Shown: positions 19,051-28,591 of the stretch, one piece after another
Position numbering within the stretch: the stretch's first letter is position 1
Layout of the letters: the number at the start of each line of letters is the position of its first letter
Assembly: GCA_044225365.1 (NCBI GenBank)
Contig: JBGAIQ010000012.1
Span: 1-64,000 of the forward strand
Direction: 5' to 3'
Source of the DNA: Planctomycetota bacterium
GTDB lineage: Bacteria; Planctomycetota; B15-G4; JADJEK01
DNA length: 64,000 nt
Notes under the pieces: generated by a model
Databases searched by the model: none
What the model was told of the DNA's origin: nothing
What the model saw: the letters and a program-made list of their open reading frames with translations, nothing else
Position numbers and translations under genes: made by a program

Positions 19051-20177
19051 GAGGCCGCCTCGAGCGGAGCGGCGTCGAAGCGCCGAACGACGCTTCTCGC
19101 GAACCCCGGGAACTCGGAGAAGAGGGCCATGGCGATTTCGATGAGCGGCGGATGGCGGAGCGACCAGGCGATGGCACGACAGCCGCGCTGGCGCCTGCGA
19201 GTCCACGCGGCGATCGCGCGGGAGTAGGACTCCATCGCGGAATCATCGCCGCGGGCGGCGGCGAGGAGATGCGGTGCGAGCGCGATCGCGGATTCGAGCG
19301 CCCAGCCGATTCCTTCCCCCGTGAACGGTTCGACGTATCCGGCAGCATCGCCGACGGCGAAGATGCGATCGCGCGCCACGGTGCGCGGGCTGCGCGTCAG
19401 CGAGGGCGTGCCCAGGAGACGCGCTCCGTCGAGCCCCTCGAGCCTCGGAAAACCGGCGCTCGCGAGAATGGCGCGGAACGCGCCCGCGAGGCCCCCGTGA
19501 GCGGCCACGGCGCGCCGATCGATTGCGGCGGCGAGGTCGAGTCGTCCATCTTCGAGGCGTACGGCGCCGACGTAGCCGATCGAATCGACGGCCATGTAGA
19601 GAACACCCGTTTCGTACTCCCGCGATCCCGTGGCGACGATCCCACCCGCGCCGATGTACGACGCATCGTCGATCCATGCGGCGCCGAGGAGTCGGCTCGA
19701 GAGTCCATCGGCCGCGACCACCGTGCGCGCGGACCTTGTCCGCACCGCACCGGTATCGTCACGGAGTTCTACGCGAATCCTCTCCGCGCTCGGCTCGACG
19801 CCTAGACAGGTCGCATTACGGAATTCGACGCCGCTCTTCATCGCGGCTTCGAGCAGTGCGTGATCGAGGGTCGAGCGCGACAACGCGTAGTGATGGTGGA
19901 GCGGGACCGCGACGACATCTCCGCGGTGGGCGAGTCGAAACCCGTGAAGCTGAATCGCGCCGCTATTCGAGGGAAGGGAAGCGAACGCGGGGCCGGCTTT
20001 GGCGAGCGCTTCGACCACCCGACCGTTCAACGTGCACCCGCAGACCTTGTCGCGTGGGAAAGTCGCCTTGTCGACGAGCAGCACGGAGAGACCGGCTTTC
20101 GCGGCGAGCGTCGCCGTGAACGAACCCGCGGGACCCGCGCCCACGACGAGGACATCGAGATCTGCGCGTGGAGTCAC
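19047..20177 (-). CDS. FAD-dependent oxidoreductase (geranylgeranyl reductase family)
   Basis: VVGAGPAG, FPRDKVCG, AADG, VGDAAGYVEPFTGEGI; 4-bp overlaps with both neighbours. Confidence 0.9.
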   Translation of the reverse strand: MTPRADLDVLVVGAGPAGSFTATLAAKAGLSVLLVDKATFPRDKVCGCTLNGRVVEALAKAGPAFASLPSNSGAIQLHGFRLAHRGDVVAVPLHHHYALSRSTLDHALLEAAMKSGVEFRNATCLGVEPSAERIRVELRDDTGAVRTRSARTVVAADGLSSRLLGAAWIDDASYIGAGGIVATGSREYETGVLYMAVDSIGYVGAVRLEDGRLDLAAAIDRRAVAAHGGLAGAFRAILASAGFPRLEGLDGARLLGTPSLTRSPRTVARDRIFAVGDAAGYVEPFTGEGIGWALESAIALAPHLLAAARGDDSAMESYSRAIAAWTRRRQRGCRAIAWSLRHPPLIEIAMALFSEFPGFARSVVRRFDAAPLEAAS

Positions 20178-20878
20178 TCGCGCCTCCACTCGATGCGATA
20201 GCGTTCGGGCCAAACGCTCTCGACCCGTGCATTCGTCACCCCCGAGTCCGCGATGATGGCGTTCACCTCGTCGAGCGAGTATGCGGCGCGCACCGACGCA
20301 AGAGCGTCGAACCGGACGATGTGCGAAGTGGTGAGGAGACGCGAGGCGAGATAGGCGAGCGCGAATCCGAGACGCGTTCGGAGGAGATCGACGGCGATGA
20401 ATGCGAGGCGCGCCGCGTCGCACATCCTGCGAACGAAGCGCGAGGCATCGCCGGCGTCGAGATGATGCAAGAACAACGAATTGACGATGACGTCGGGCGC
20501 AAGCGTCGAGAGATCGTCGTTCAATACGTCGCAAGGATGAAAGGTGACGTTCGCGCCGCAAGCCTTGGCGTATTCGCGGGCATGCATCACGGCGACTTCG
20601 CTGCGATCGCAGCCGTGGAACTCGAGAGGCAGTCTCGCGAGCGCCCGATCCTTCGCGAGAGCGACGATGCCGTCGCCCGCACCGCAGGCGACGTCGAGCA
20701 CGCGCAAGGTGCGCGAGCTTCCGCGCGCGAGCGCGAGGATCGGTGCTCGCTTCGCGCGCGCGCTCGCCGCCGCGATGTTGAGGCGAGCGAGTCCTCGCAA
20801 GGCGTGACGATGTTCGAGCGGATCGAGATCCTGGCGATCCATGATCTCGGGCTCGCGGATGCGGATTTCGGGATCCAT
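20174..20878 (-). CDS. SAM-dependent methyltransferase, type III PKS-associated
   Basis: EPEIMD, VLDVACGAGD, SLFLHHL, DLLR, FDALASVRAAY motifs. Confidence 0.9.
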   Translation of the reverse strand: MDPEIRIREPEIMDRQDLDPLEHRHALRGLARLNIAAASARAKRAPILALARGSSRTLRVLDVACGAGDGIVALAKDRALARLPLEFHGCDRSEVAVMHAREYAKACGANVTFHPCDVLNDDLSTLAPDVIVNSLFLHHLDAGDASRFVRRMCDAARLAFIAVDLLRTRLGFALAYLASRLLTTSHIVRFDALASVRAAYSLDEVNAIIADSGVTNARVESVWPERYRIEWRRE

Positions 20879-20882
20879 CCCG

Positions 20883-22142
20883 TCACTCGCCTCTCACGGG
20901 GACCTCGATCCGCGCGGTCGCGACGGGAATGCCAGCGACGTAGCGACCCTCGAGCGAGTGATACTTGAAGTTCTCATCGCTGATTCGATACTTCGAGCTC
21001 ACGAGTTCGAGCGTCAGATCACCCTCCTCGGGCGCGTTGAATTCGAATTCGATGACGCGCTCCTCACCCGGTTTCAGCCGATTGTCGGAGATCTTCTTCA
21101 CCGGATTCCACTCGTACACCGTGCCGATTCGCTCGAGTTTGCTCGCGAGGATCTCGCCGTTCGCCGTCTTGACCTTCGCATCGACGAGGATGAAGCGCTC
21201 CGGATCGCCGGTCGGAAGCATGTGGCCGGCCTTTGCGTTCTTGATCACGAAGCGGACCGTCGACTTCGTCGCGGGCGCGAACTGCTTCGGCGGGTCCTTC
21301 CATTCGACCGTGAATCCGTCGACGTAGAACGCACGCATGCGCTTCATGTCCGATTCGAACTCCGGCTTCTTCGGGATGAGGCAGCCTCCGAAGAAGTGGC
21401 GTCGTCCCATCCGCGGGAGCGTCGGGGGAAAGTTGGAGAGCGCGCGGTGCACTTCGGGCATGTGGCAGGACTGGCACGTCTCGCCCTTCTTCGAAGGCTC
21501 GGTCGAGGCGTGCTCCAAGCCCGTATCGAAGACGCATGCGAGTGCGACGTCGTCGAGTGTCGCGTTCGCCTGATGGCATTGCAGACATACTTCCGACGAG
21601 AGGAGCGCTGGATCCTTCTTCACCGGATGGGGAGCGCGAGTGTCTCCGAATGGACCGACGACGACGCCGTCGCGTACGTGGCACGTCGCGCAGGTGATCG
21701 CTTCTTCTTGCATCCTGCGGTCGAAGTTCGGATTCGCGACGTACTGCGGTTTGCCGCGATGCCCATCGGTGAGTCCGACGACGAGCTTCTCGAGCTGAGC
21801 TTCGAACGGCGTGTGGCAATTGATGCACATCCACGCCGCATCTTGCTTCCCATCGCCACCCTGGTGCTTCTTCAACTCCTCCTGGAATTGACTGTCGTCG
21901 AGGAAGGCCCTTGCGTGCGTCGAGACGCGCCATTCGCCGTAGATCTCGGCGTGGCACGTTCCACACGACGCGGCTCGCACGTCGGAAAGACCCACGACCC
22001 GCGCGTCGCCGAGGACGGGCTGGAGGTAGCGCGGCTGCGATCGATAGAACTCGCGGGCGCGGGAAACGACGTCGGTGTTCGTAACGGCGAACGCAGCGCT
22101 CGCGCACAGCAAGAAGATCGAGATGACTTTGGGGTTCGGCAT
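20883..22142 (-). CDS. secreted multiheme (5x CxxCH) c-type cytochrome
   Basis: CGTCH, CINCH, CATCH, CLQCH, CQSCH; N-terminal signal peptide; AGHMLPTG motif typical of c554-like multiheme proteins. Confidence 0.9.
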   Translation of the reverse strand: MPNPKVISIFLLCASAAFAVTNTDVVSRAREFYRSQPRYLQPVLGDARVVGLSDVRAASCGTCHAEIYGEWRVSTHARAFLDDSQFQEELKKHQGGDGKQDAAWMCINCHTPFEAQLEKLVVGLTDGHRGKPQYVANPNFDRRMQEEAITCATCHVRDGVVVGPFGDTRAPHPVKKDPALLSSEVCLQCHQANATLDDVALACVFDTGLEHASTEPSKKGETCQSCHMPEVHRALSNFPPTLPRMGRRHFFGGCLIPKKPEFESDMKRMRAFYVDGFTVEWKDPPKQFAPATKSTVRFVIKNAKAGHMLPTGDPERFILVDAKVKTANGEILASKLERIGTVYEWNPVKKISDNRLKPGEERVIEFEFNAPEEGDLTLELVSSKYRISDENFKYHSLEGRYVAGIPVATARIEVPVRGE

Positions 22143-22495
22143 GACGACCGCGGGAGCCTTTCGAAGGTGCAGTGTACTCGTCGCGCGGGAGTGCAACCGA
22201 TTGCGTCGTCCGCGATGTTCAAGAACGGAACCTCGCACCGTCTTGATTCCGTCCAAAGCGAATTCGCCTCGAATCACGGCACTTTTGCAGAATCCGTCGC
22301 GTCTCAACCGCGTGAGCCGCTGACGCTTCACCCGGCGTTCTCCCGGTGGTTCATCCCGAAATCACGAACGCGACAAAGCACTTCGCCCCGTTGATGGGGC
22401 ATCGTGGCCGGCGGCTCGTCAACGATCGTGATCGTTTTCTTCGTCCGTTTTGTCGTCGCGCCCCGACGCACCCACCCGACGAACCCTTGGTACCC

Positions 22496-25051
22496 ATGGT
22501 TTTGCACCCTGGTCGGATCCCCTTTCTCCTGTTCGCGATCGCTTTTTCTGACATCTCGAAAGCGGACACTCTCGATCTCGGAACCCCCGTCGTGCTCCAC
22601 GACGAACTCGGTCTCGCCCGCGACAACGAACTCGTCACGCTCCCATTCCCATGCGCCGAGAGCGCAGCGATCACCGCGCCCGGTCAACTCCGAATCGTCG
22701 ATCCGAACGGCAACGAGGTCGCCGTGCAGTGGCGGGTCCTCACCCGCTGGTATGGGAAGCCCGACGATCCGACCAAGCCGATCAAGTTCCTGAACGCCAT
22801 GTTTCGCGCGACGCTCGATCCCGGCGCGTCGCTCACGTTCACGGTGAAGCGGCGGAAGCCCTCCGATCCACCGGCGCCGCTCACGAAAGCGCCCGTCACC
22901 GTGACGGCGATCAACGGACTCATCGTGGTCGATACTTCTGCGGCGCGTTACGAGATTCCGGTGAGTCCGTGGACCCTCTTTCGCTCGGTGTCCGTCGATC
23001 TGAATCACGACGGGATCTACGGTTCGACTCCACCCGAGCTCGTCGTCGCACCGGGTGAGACGCTCGGTCCCGTGCTCGTCGATCCGCTCCTTGGGATCTA
23101 CGTCGGTGCGGGCGACCCGAACATCAAGGTGGCGATCGAGGAGAAAGGCCCGCTGCGCGTCGTGCTGCGAGTCGAAGGCTCGCATCAACCGTTCGGACCT
23201 GGTTCCATCGGTCGCGACTACCTGAAGTTCCAAACGCGTTATACGTTCACTTCGCGATCGACGGCGGTCCGCGTCGAGCATTCGCTCGAGAACACGTATC
23301 TCGCGAACCCGCTCGGTGCGATCGAGGTCGGTCGCTACACCCTCCATACGAAGCTCGCTTCGGTGGGTCCCACGCTCGTGCGCTTCGGCGGGGACGAAGG
23401 GACGGCGACGATGTCGCCGCTCACTCTGCCGCTCGGCACCGAAGCCTCGCTCTACCAGGACTCGTCGGGAGGACCGACGTGGAACCAAACGGGGACGACG
23501 TTCTCGGGCTGGCGTCTCTATGGAACACTGCCCCTCGCGATCGCTCCCAACGCGTATCCGCAAACACCTCCGTTCGCCGCGGGCTCGCAAGCAAAGGGGT
23601 GGATGGACGTTTCCTGCGTGGGCCACGGCTTGTTCACCGCTCTGCGTTATCCGTGGCAGAACTATCCCTACGCGATGCATGCCTACTTCGACGGCACGGC
23701 GCTGATCGATCTCGTCCCGAGCGAATTCGCGGGTCCCCAGTGGCTCGATGACGAGCAGAAGAAGACGTGGACCCTGATGGTCGTACCGCACGGCGATTCC
23801 TTCGATCCGAACCTCGCTGCGAGGACATTGCAGTCGCCGCTGCGGCCCCGTCCCGCGCTCGACTATCTCCGCGAGACAAAGGCGTGGGGTGACCTCGGAT
23901 ATCTTCGTGATCCAAAACTCCCGGAAGAGGAGATGATCGCCGAGGGCTCGAAGGAACTCGGCATCTTCTACGGCACTCTCGAATCGAAGGGAGGATTCGG
24001 TTGGCCGAACTTCGGCGAATACGTGTGGGCAAAGAGTACGCACGCCACGGGCTCGCCGCGCAATCGGCTCACGTGGTTCGACCACTTCATGACCTGTGGC
24101 GGGAACGGTTGGTTCGAGCGTGCCGAGATCTTCGCGCAGCATTCGATGACGATGCGCCCGTATCACATCGATGGCTTCAAGGCGGAGGAGCATCCGGGAA
24201 CGATCCTCGCGGAGGGCGTGCCCGCGTGGCCCAGCACCGACATGCTCGGACGCGACTCGATCCCCGCGAGTCTTGTTCCCTACAAAGTGAACATTCCGAC
24301 CGGCGGCAGCGGCTGGAACGGGTTCGACGGCGAGCACATGACCGTCGACGACATCTACGAATACTACTTGATGACGGGATCGCGCGATGCACTCGAAGCA
24401 TTGCGCCAGATCGGCGAGGCGATCCTCACCTGGAAGAAGTCGATCGACGTCAACAAGCCGATTCCGAGCACGCGCTTCATCGGCTGGGTCCTGCGTGCAC
24501 TCGTGAAGATCTACCAGGTGACGGGCGACGATCGCATGCTCGAACAGGCGCACGACGTCTGCATCATCGCCGACAAGTTCCGCGGACTCACCCCGTCACC
24601 CGTGACGGGCCTCGTCTACAACTACTTCTCGCGCGAGATCTACGGCGGCGCGAGTCACAACATGCCCGGCGACTATGATTGTCCGTGGCAGATGGCCGTT
24701 GGGATCTACGGACTCGGTTTGTACTACCGGGAGACTTCCGACCCGCTCGCGCTGCCGATCGTTCACGACGTCGCGCAGTACATCATCGATCACTGCGTGC
24801 AGCCCGGCGACGTCGTCGTCGAGGCAATCCTCTGCGACGATCACAAGGTGATCAACCCGAAGCCGAAGAACGACGGCGTCAACATGTGGATCACGTCGGC
24901 GCTCGCGTATGCTTACCTCGTCACCGGCAGCGAACCGATGCGAGCGCTTTCCGAGAAGATCTTCGACGACAACTCGACGGACTTCATGAAGTCGGGCGAC
25001 AACTATCACTGGTTCCACATTGCGGGCGAGATCTTGCACAAGGATCCCTGA
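22496..25051 (+). CDS. large secreted protein, PcRGLX/YetA-like (RIFT barrel, beta-sandwich, alpha/alpha toroid); possible polysaccharide lyase
   Basis: Signal peptide; N-terminal ELVTLPFP...LRIVDPNGNEVAVQWRVLTRW pattern; EEKGPLRVVLRVEG; YYLMTG/YQVTGD/YLVTG helical-toroid repeats. Confidence 0.6.
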   Translation: MVLHPGRIPFLLFAIAFSDISKADTLDLGTPVVLHDELGLARDNELVTLPFPCAESAAITAPGQLRIVDPNGNEVAVQWRVLTRWYGKPDDPTKPIKFLNAMFRATLDPGASLTFTVKRRKPSDPPAPLTKAPVTVTAINGLIVVDTSAARYEIPVSPWTLFRSVSVDLNHDGIYGSTPPELVVAPGETLGPVLVDPLLGIYVGAGDPNIKVAIEEKGPLRVVLRVEGSHQPFGPGSIGRDYLKFQTRYTFTSRSTAVRVEHSLENTYLANPLGAIEVGRYTLHTKLASVGPTLVRFGGDEGTATMSPLTLPLGTEASLYQDSSGGPTWNQTGTTFSGWRLYGTLPLAIAPNAYPQTPPFAAGSQAKGWMDVSCVGHGLFTALRYPWQNYPYAMHAYFDGTALIDLVPSEFAGPQWLDDEQKKTWTLMVVPHGDSFDPNLAARTLQSPLRPRPALDYLRETKAWGDLGYLRDPKLPEEEMIAEGSKELGIFYGTLESKGGFGWPNFGEYVWAKSTHATGSPRNRLTWFDHFMTCGGNGWFERAEIFAQHSMTMRPYHIDGFKAEEHPGTILAEGVPAWPSTDMLGRDSIPASLVPYKVNIPTGGSGWNGFDGEHMTVDDIYEYYLMTGSRDALEALRQIGEAILTWKKSIDVNKPIPSTRFIGWVLRALVKIYQVTGDDRMLEQAHDVCIIADKFRGLTPSPVTGLVYNYFSREIYGGASHNMPGDYDCPWQMAVGIYGLGLYYRETSDPLALPIVHDVAQYIIDHCVQPGDVVVEAILCDDHKVINPKPKNDGVNMWITSALAYAYLVTGSEPMRALSEKIFDDNSTDFMKSGDNYHWFHIAGEILHKDP

Positions 25052-25136
25052 TGAAGTCCGCAGAGGGAGTCGGATACGCGGTGACCGCTATGATGCGCCG
25101 CGAATCCAACTGCCCCGACTCGCCTGCGGAATCTCG

Positions 25137-26387
25137 ATGACCCAGCACGAAACGAACGCGCCTCCCGACCGACCCGCCGATCCATCGATCGATCCGATGT
25201 CCGAGTCGATGCGCGAATCGCTCGAACGCGATCCGATCGGCGCGGCGCAGAGCCTCGCGCTTCGCGACGACGCCGTCGTGGCGCGAGTCCTCGAAGCGAC
25301 CGATCCGATCCTCGCGCAGTGGATCATCGACGAGCTTCCCGAGGAGAAACGAACGACCGTTCTCGAGCTCGTCTCGCAACGGATACGCGAGGTCTGGACG
25401 ACGAACTCGAAGTACCCCGAGGACAGCGTCGGCCGACTGATGGAACCGCCGCTCGCCGTGTTCCCCCCGTCGCTCACGGTGGGGGAGGCGATCGAGCGCC
25501 TGCGCGTCCTCGTCAAGCAGTCGTTCATCACGTACGGCTACGTCGTCGACGATCGACTACGGCTCATCGGCGTGCTCGTGATGCGCGATCTGCTCTTCGC
25601 GCGCAAGGAGCAGACGCTCGAAGAAGTGATGCTCCGCGAGATCTTCGCGCTGCAGCCCGAACTCTCGATCGAAGACGCGATGCGGACCACGGTCACGCGC
25701 CACTTCCCCGTCTATCCCGTCGTCGATGCATCCCAGCGCCTCGTCGGACTCGTCCGTGGCGGGGTGCTGTTCCAGGCGCACGCCATCGAGATCACGGCGC
25801 AGGCCGGCTCCATGGTCGGCGTCGAGAAGGAAGAGCGCATCGCGACGCCTTGGCCGCGGGCCCTCAAGTTCCGCCAACCGTGGCTCCAGGTCAATCTGCT
25901 CACGGCGTTCGTCGCGGGCGCCGTGGTGTCGGCGTTCCAAGGAACGATCGACAAGCTCGTGATCCTGGCATCATTCCTGCCCGTGCTCGCGGGGCAGTCG
26001 GGCAACACGGGATGTCAGGCGCTGGCCGTGACGCTTCGCGCGCTCACGCTCGGCGAATTGAAGACCGGCAAGGAACGCGCGCTGATGATGAAGGAGGCGT
26101 TGCTCGGCTTCCTCAACGGTTTTCTCGTCGGGATCTCGGCGGCGGTCGGCATGTACGTTCTCGCTCGGTCCCAGCAACGACCCGACGCACTCCTGCTCGC
26201 GTTCGTGGTGTTCATCGCGATGATCGGAAGCTGCATCGTCTCCGGAATCGCGGGCGCCACGGTGCCTTTGATCCTTCGCCGCTGCGGCGCCGACCCCGCG
26301 ACAGCGTCGAGCATCTTCCTGACGACCGCGACGGACGTCGCGAGCATGGGCCTGCTGCTGAGTCTCGCCACCTGGCTCGTCCTGTAG
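25137..26387 (+). CDS. mgtE: magnesium transporter MgtE
   Basis: YPEDSVGRLM, CBS pair, RQPWLQVNL, PVLAGQSGNTGCQ, DPATASSIFLTTATDV. Confidence 0.93.
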   Translation: MTQHETNAPPDRPADPSIDPMSESMRESLERDPIGAAQSLALRDDAVVARVLEATDPILAQWIIDELPEEKRTTVLELVSQRIREVWTTNSKYPEDSVGRLMEPPLAVFPPSLTVGEAIERLRVLVKQSFITYGYVVDDRLRLIGVLVMRDLLFARKEQTLEEVMLREIFALQPELSIEDAMRTTVTRHFPVYPVVDASQRLVGLVRGGVLFQAHAIEITAQAGSMVGVEKEERIATPWPRALKFRQPWLQVNLLTAFVAGAVVSAFQGTIDKLVILASFLPVLAGQSGNTGCQALAVTLRALTLGELKTGKERALMMKEALLGFLNGFLVGISAAVGMYVLARSQQRPDALLLAFVVFIAMIGSCIVSGIAGATVPLILRRCGADPATASSIFLTTATDVASMGLLLSLATWLVL

Positions 26388-26561
26388 GGGCGCACGGCTG
26401 TGCGCCCGAGTCGTTGTGAATTACGAATACAACGACGGGCAGACAGCCGTCTGCCCCTACGAAGAAATGCAATGCCGGACCGCCGCGCTCCAGCGCGGCT
26501 CCGATCTTCTCCGTCGGGACGCACCGGCTTCAATATCGGGCAGACAGCCGTCTGCCCCTAC
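26384..26561. repeat. GTAG-type REP palindromes (REPIN-like inverted pair plus a third copy)
   Basis: GTAGGGGCGCACGGCTGTGCGCCC at 26384-26407; inverted GGGCAGACAGCCGTCTGCCCCTAC at 26437-26460 and 26538-26561; internal hairpin GTCGTTGT/ACAACGAC. Confidence 0.85.
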
Positions 26562-26565
26562 GAGA

Positions 26566-27309
26566 TCACGGGTCGAACGTGTGCTTCAGGTGCAGGTGCG
26601 CCTGCTTCTGCCACCAGTCCCACTGGTGATGAACGTCCTTGCCCCAGAGGTCGAGATAATTGCTGATGCCCTTCGCGGTGAGCAGGTCGGCGAACTTCTG
26701 CGTCTCCTGCCAGTTTCCGTCTTCCCACTTGCCTTGCCCGCAAACGAGCGTGAGGTGCGTGTGGCGCTTCACGCGATCGAGATGTTCGCCGTGGAGATTG
26801 CCGGTGAAGGCCATCGGGTTGTTGAAGTAGACGTCGATGCTCGAGAGCCCGCCTGCGAACTCCGAGATGTCGTAGCGGCCGCTCATGCACAATGCGTAGT
26901 GGAAGATCTCGGGATGCTTGAGCGCGCAGTTCGCCGCGTAGAACGCGCCCAAACTGCATCCGGCCGCCGCGAGGCGGATGTCCGGCATCTGGCAATCGTT
27001 TCGGATGAACGGCACGAGTTCGTTCACGACGAATCGCTCGTACGCGATGTGACGCTGGATGCGCCACGCCGGGTCGTTCTCCTTCTTCGTCCACGCCTCG
27101 GCGACGTTGGACTCGACGCAGTAGAACTTCACCTTCCCGCGATGACATAGATTCGCGAGGGATTCGATCATCCCGTGGTTCTCCCACTCGTGCGCCATGC
27201 CGGCGGCGGAGGGGAATACGAGCACGGGCGCTCCGAAGTCGCCGTACTGCCACAGGTAGATCTTGCGACCCATCGACTCGCTGGGGACGAGATGTGCGCG
27301 TTTGAACAT
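26566..27309 (-). CDS. putative esterase (alpha/beta hydrolase)
   Basis: GCSLG nucleophile elbow, MSGRYD, DLWGKDVHHQWDWW. This family is usually found beside ATP-grasp ligases. Confidence 0.85.
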   Translation of the reverse strand: MFKRAHLVPSESMGRKIYLWQYGDFGAPVLVFPSAAGMAHEWENHGMIESLANLCHRGKVKFYCVESNVAEAWTKKENDPAWRIQRHIAYERFVVNELVPFIRNDCQMPDIRLAAAGCSLGAFYAANCALKHPEIFHYALCMSGRYDISEFAGGLSSIDVYFNNPMAFTGNLHGEHLDRVKRHTHLTLVCGQGKWEDGNWQETQKFADLLTAKGISNYLDLWGKDVHHQWDWWQKQAHLHLKHTFDP

Positions 27310-27358
27310 GGCAGTAGGAAACTCGATCGAGTTGGAATCGTCAATCCACGGGCGCAGC

Positions 27359-28402
27359 TCAGCGCCGAGCGCCGTCGCGAGAGAGCAGAGTGAAACCGAT
27401 CAGCTTGTACAGCATTCGCGCGCCCACGTTGGCGTCCCATTCGTCTTCGCCGCTCGGCGCGACTTCGACGAGATCGAATCCGACGATCGTCTTGCCGCGC
27501 CGCACGATCGTGCGGAATAGGTAGGAGACCTCATGGAACGTGAGACCACCGGGCACGGGTGTGCCGGTGCTCGGGCAGAGCGCGGGGTCGAGTCCGTCGA
27601 TGTCGAACGACACGTAGACCTGCTGCGGCAGATCGTCGATGACGCGCTCGGCGAGCTCGCGAAACGTCGTTCCCTCGATCCGCTCCCGCGCGAAATCAGC
27701 ATCGTAATGAGTTCGGATGCGGCCGTTGCTCTCCTCGACCGCGGCGGCCTCGTCCTCGCAGAAGTCGCGGATGCCGACCTGCACGATGCGCGCGACGTTG
27801 AGCAACCTCCGTGCGACGTTGTCCATGATCGACGCGTGCGACCAGTCGAAGCCCTCGTAGTTGCGTCGCAGATCCGAATGCGCGTCGATGTGGAGGATTC
27901 CGAGGCCCGGGTACCGCTCGGCATGCGCCGCGATGGCGCCGAACACGGCGCCGTGATCGCCGCCGATCGTGCCCACGATCTTGCCGCGCCCGATCTGCTC
28001 GCGCACGACGCCGTGGAGCCATTGATTCAACCGCCCGCAGTCGGCGTTCACTTCGCGGCGCGCATCGGTCGCGGCGAGCGCGTCGTTGCGGCTCTCGGCG
28101 TCGCGCATCGCCTCGGCGCACTTCTTCGCGTTCTCGTTCCATGACTTGACGGTCGCGTCTTCGTCGAGCATCGCGATCCCGCCTTCGTAGGGGCGGCCGG
28201 TCTCGCGGTCGTAGAGATCGACCTGTTTGCTCGCATTCAGGATCGCGGACGGTCCCTCGCTCGTGCCGCCGCCGTAGGAGGTCGTGGCTTCGAACGGAAC
28301 GGGCACGAGGACGACGCGGGCGTCGACCGGGGTCGACGGCAGGCCGAAGACGCCGGCGTCGGCGCCGGCCGCAGCATTGGGATCGAAGGGGACGGGGTTC
28401 AT
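27359..28402 (-). CDS. speB: agmatinase / ureohydrolase family
   Basis: GGDHG, HIDAHSD, SFDIDGLDP, TGTPVPGGL, FDLVEV Mn-binding motifs. Confidence 0.88.
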   Translation of the reverse strand: MNPVPFDPNAAAGADAGVFGLPSTPVDARVVLVPVPFEATTSYGGGTSEGPSAILNASKQVDLYDRETGRPYEGGIAMLDEDATVKSWNENAKKCAEAMRDAESRNDALAATDARREVNADCGRLNQWLHGVVREQIGRGKIVGTIGGDHGAVFGAIAAHAERYPGLGILHIDAHSDLRRNYEGFDWSHASIMDNVARRLLNVARIVQVGIRDFCEDEAAAVEESNGRIRTHYDADFARERIEGTTFRELAERVIDDLPQQVYVSFDIDGLDPALCPSTGTPVPGGLTFHEVSYLFRTIVRRGKTIVGFDLVEVAPSGEDEWDANVGARMLYKLIGFTLLSRDGARR

Positions 28403-28591
28403 GCCGCGCAGTCTATCGGTCGCTCATGGGTGCTGTTGTCGGCCACCCGTGGGATTTGGAGTTTCTCCTGAGACTCGCTCGTCGATGCAAGGATTCAAAG
28501 GAAGAAGGCGCCATGCGTCGATCGCTCGACCCGGCTCGATTCGCCCCCAATCCGCCCGAAGGTCGAGCGGATGCTTCCAGCGAGAGGCGTG

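Noticed and set aside
22328-24553. Long antisense or alternate-frame ORFs (also 20841-22394, 36206-37579, 56951-58573, 60745-62016)
   Set aside because: They are shadow ORFs of well-supported genes, expected in high-GC DNA, Arg-rich and without motifs.
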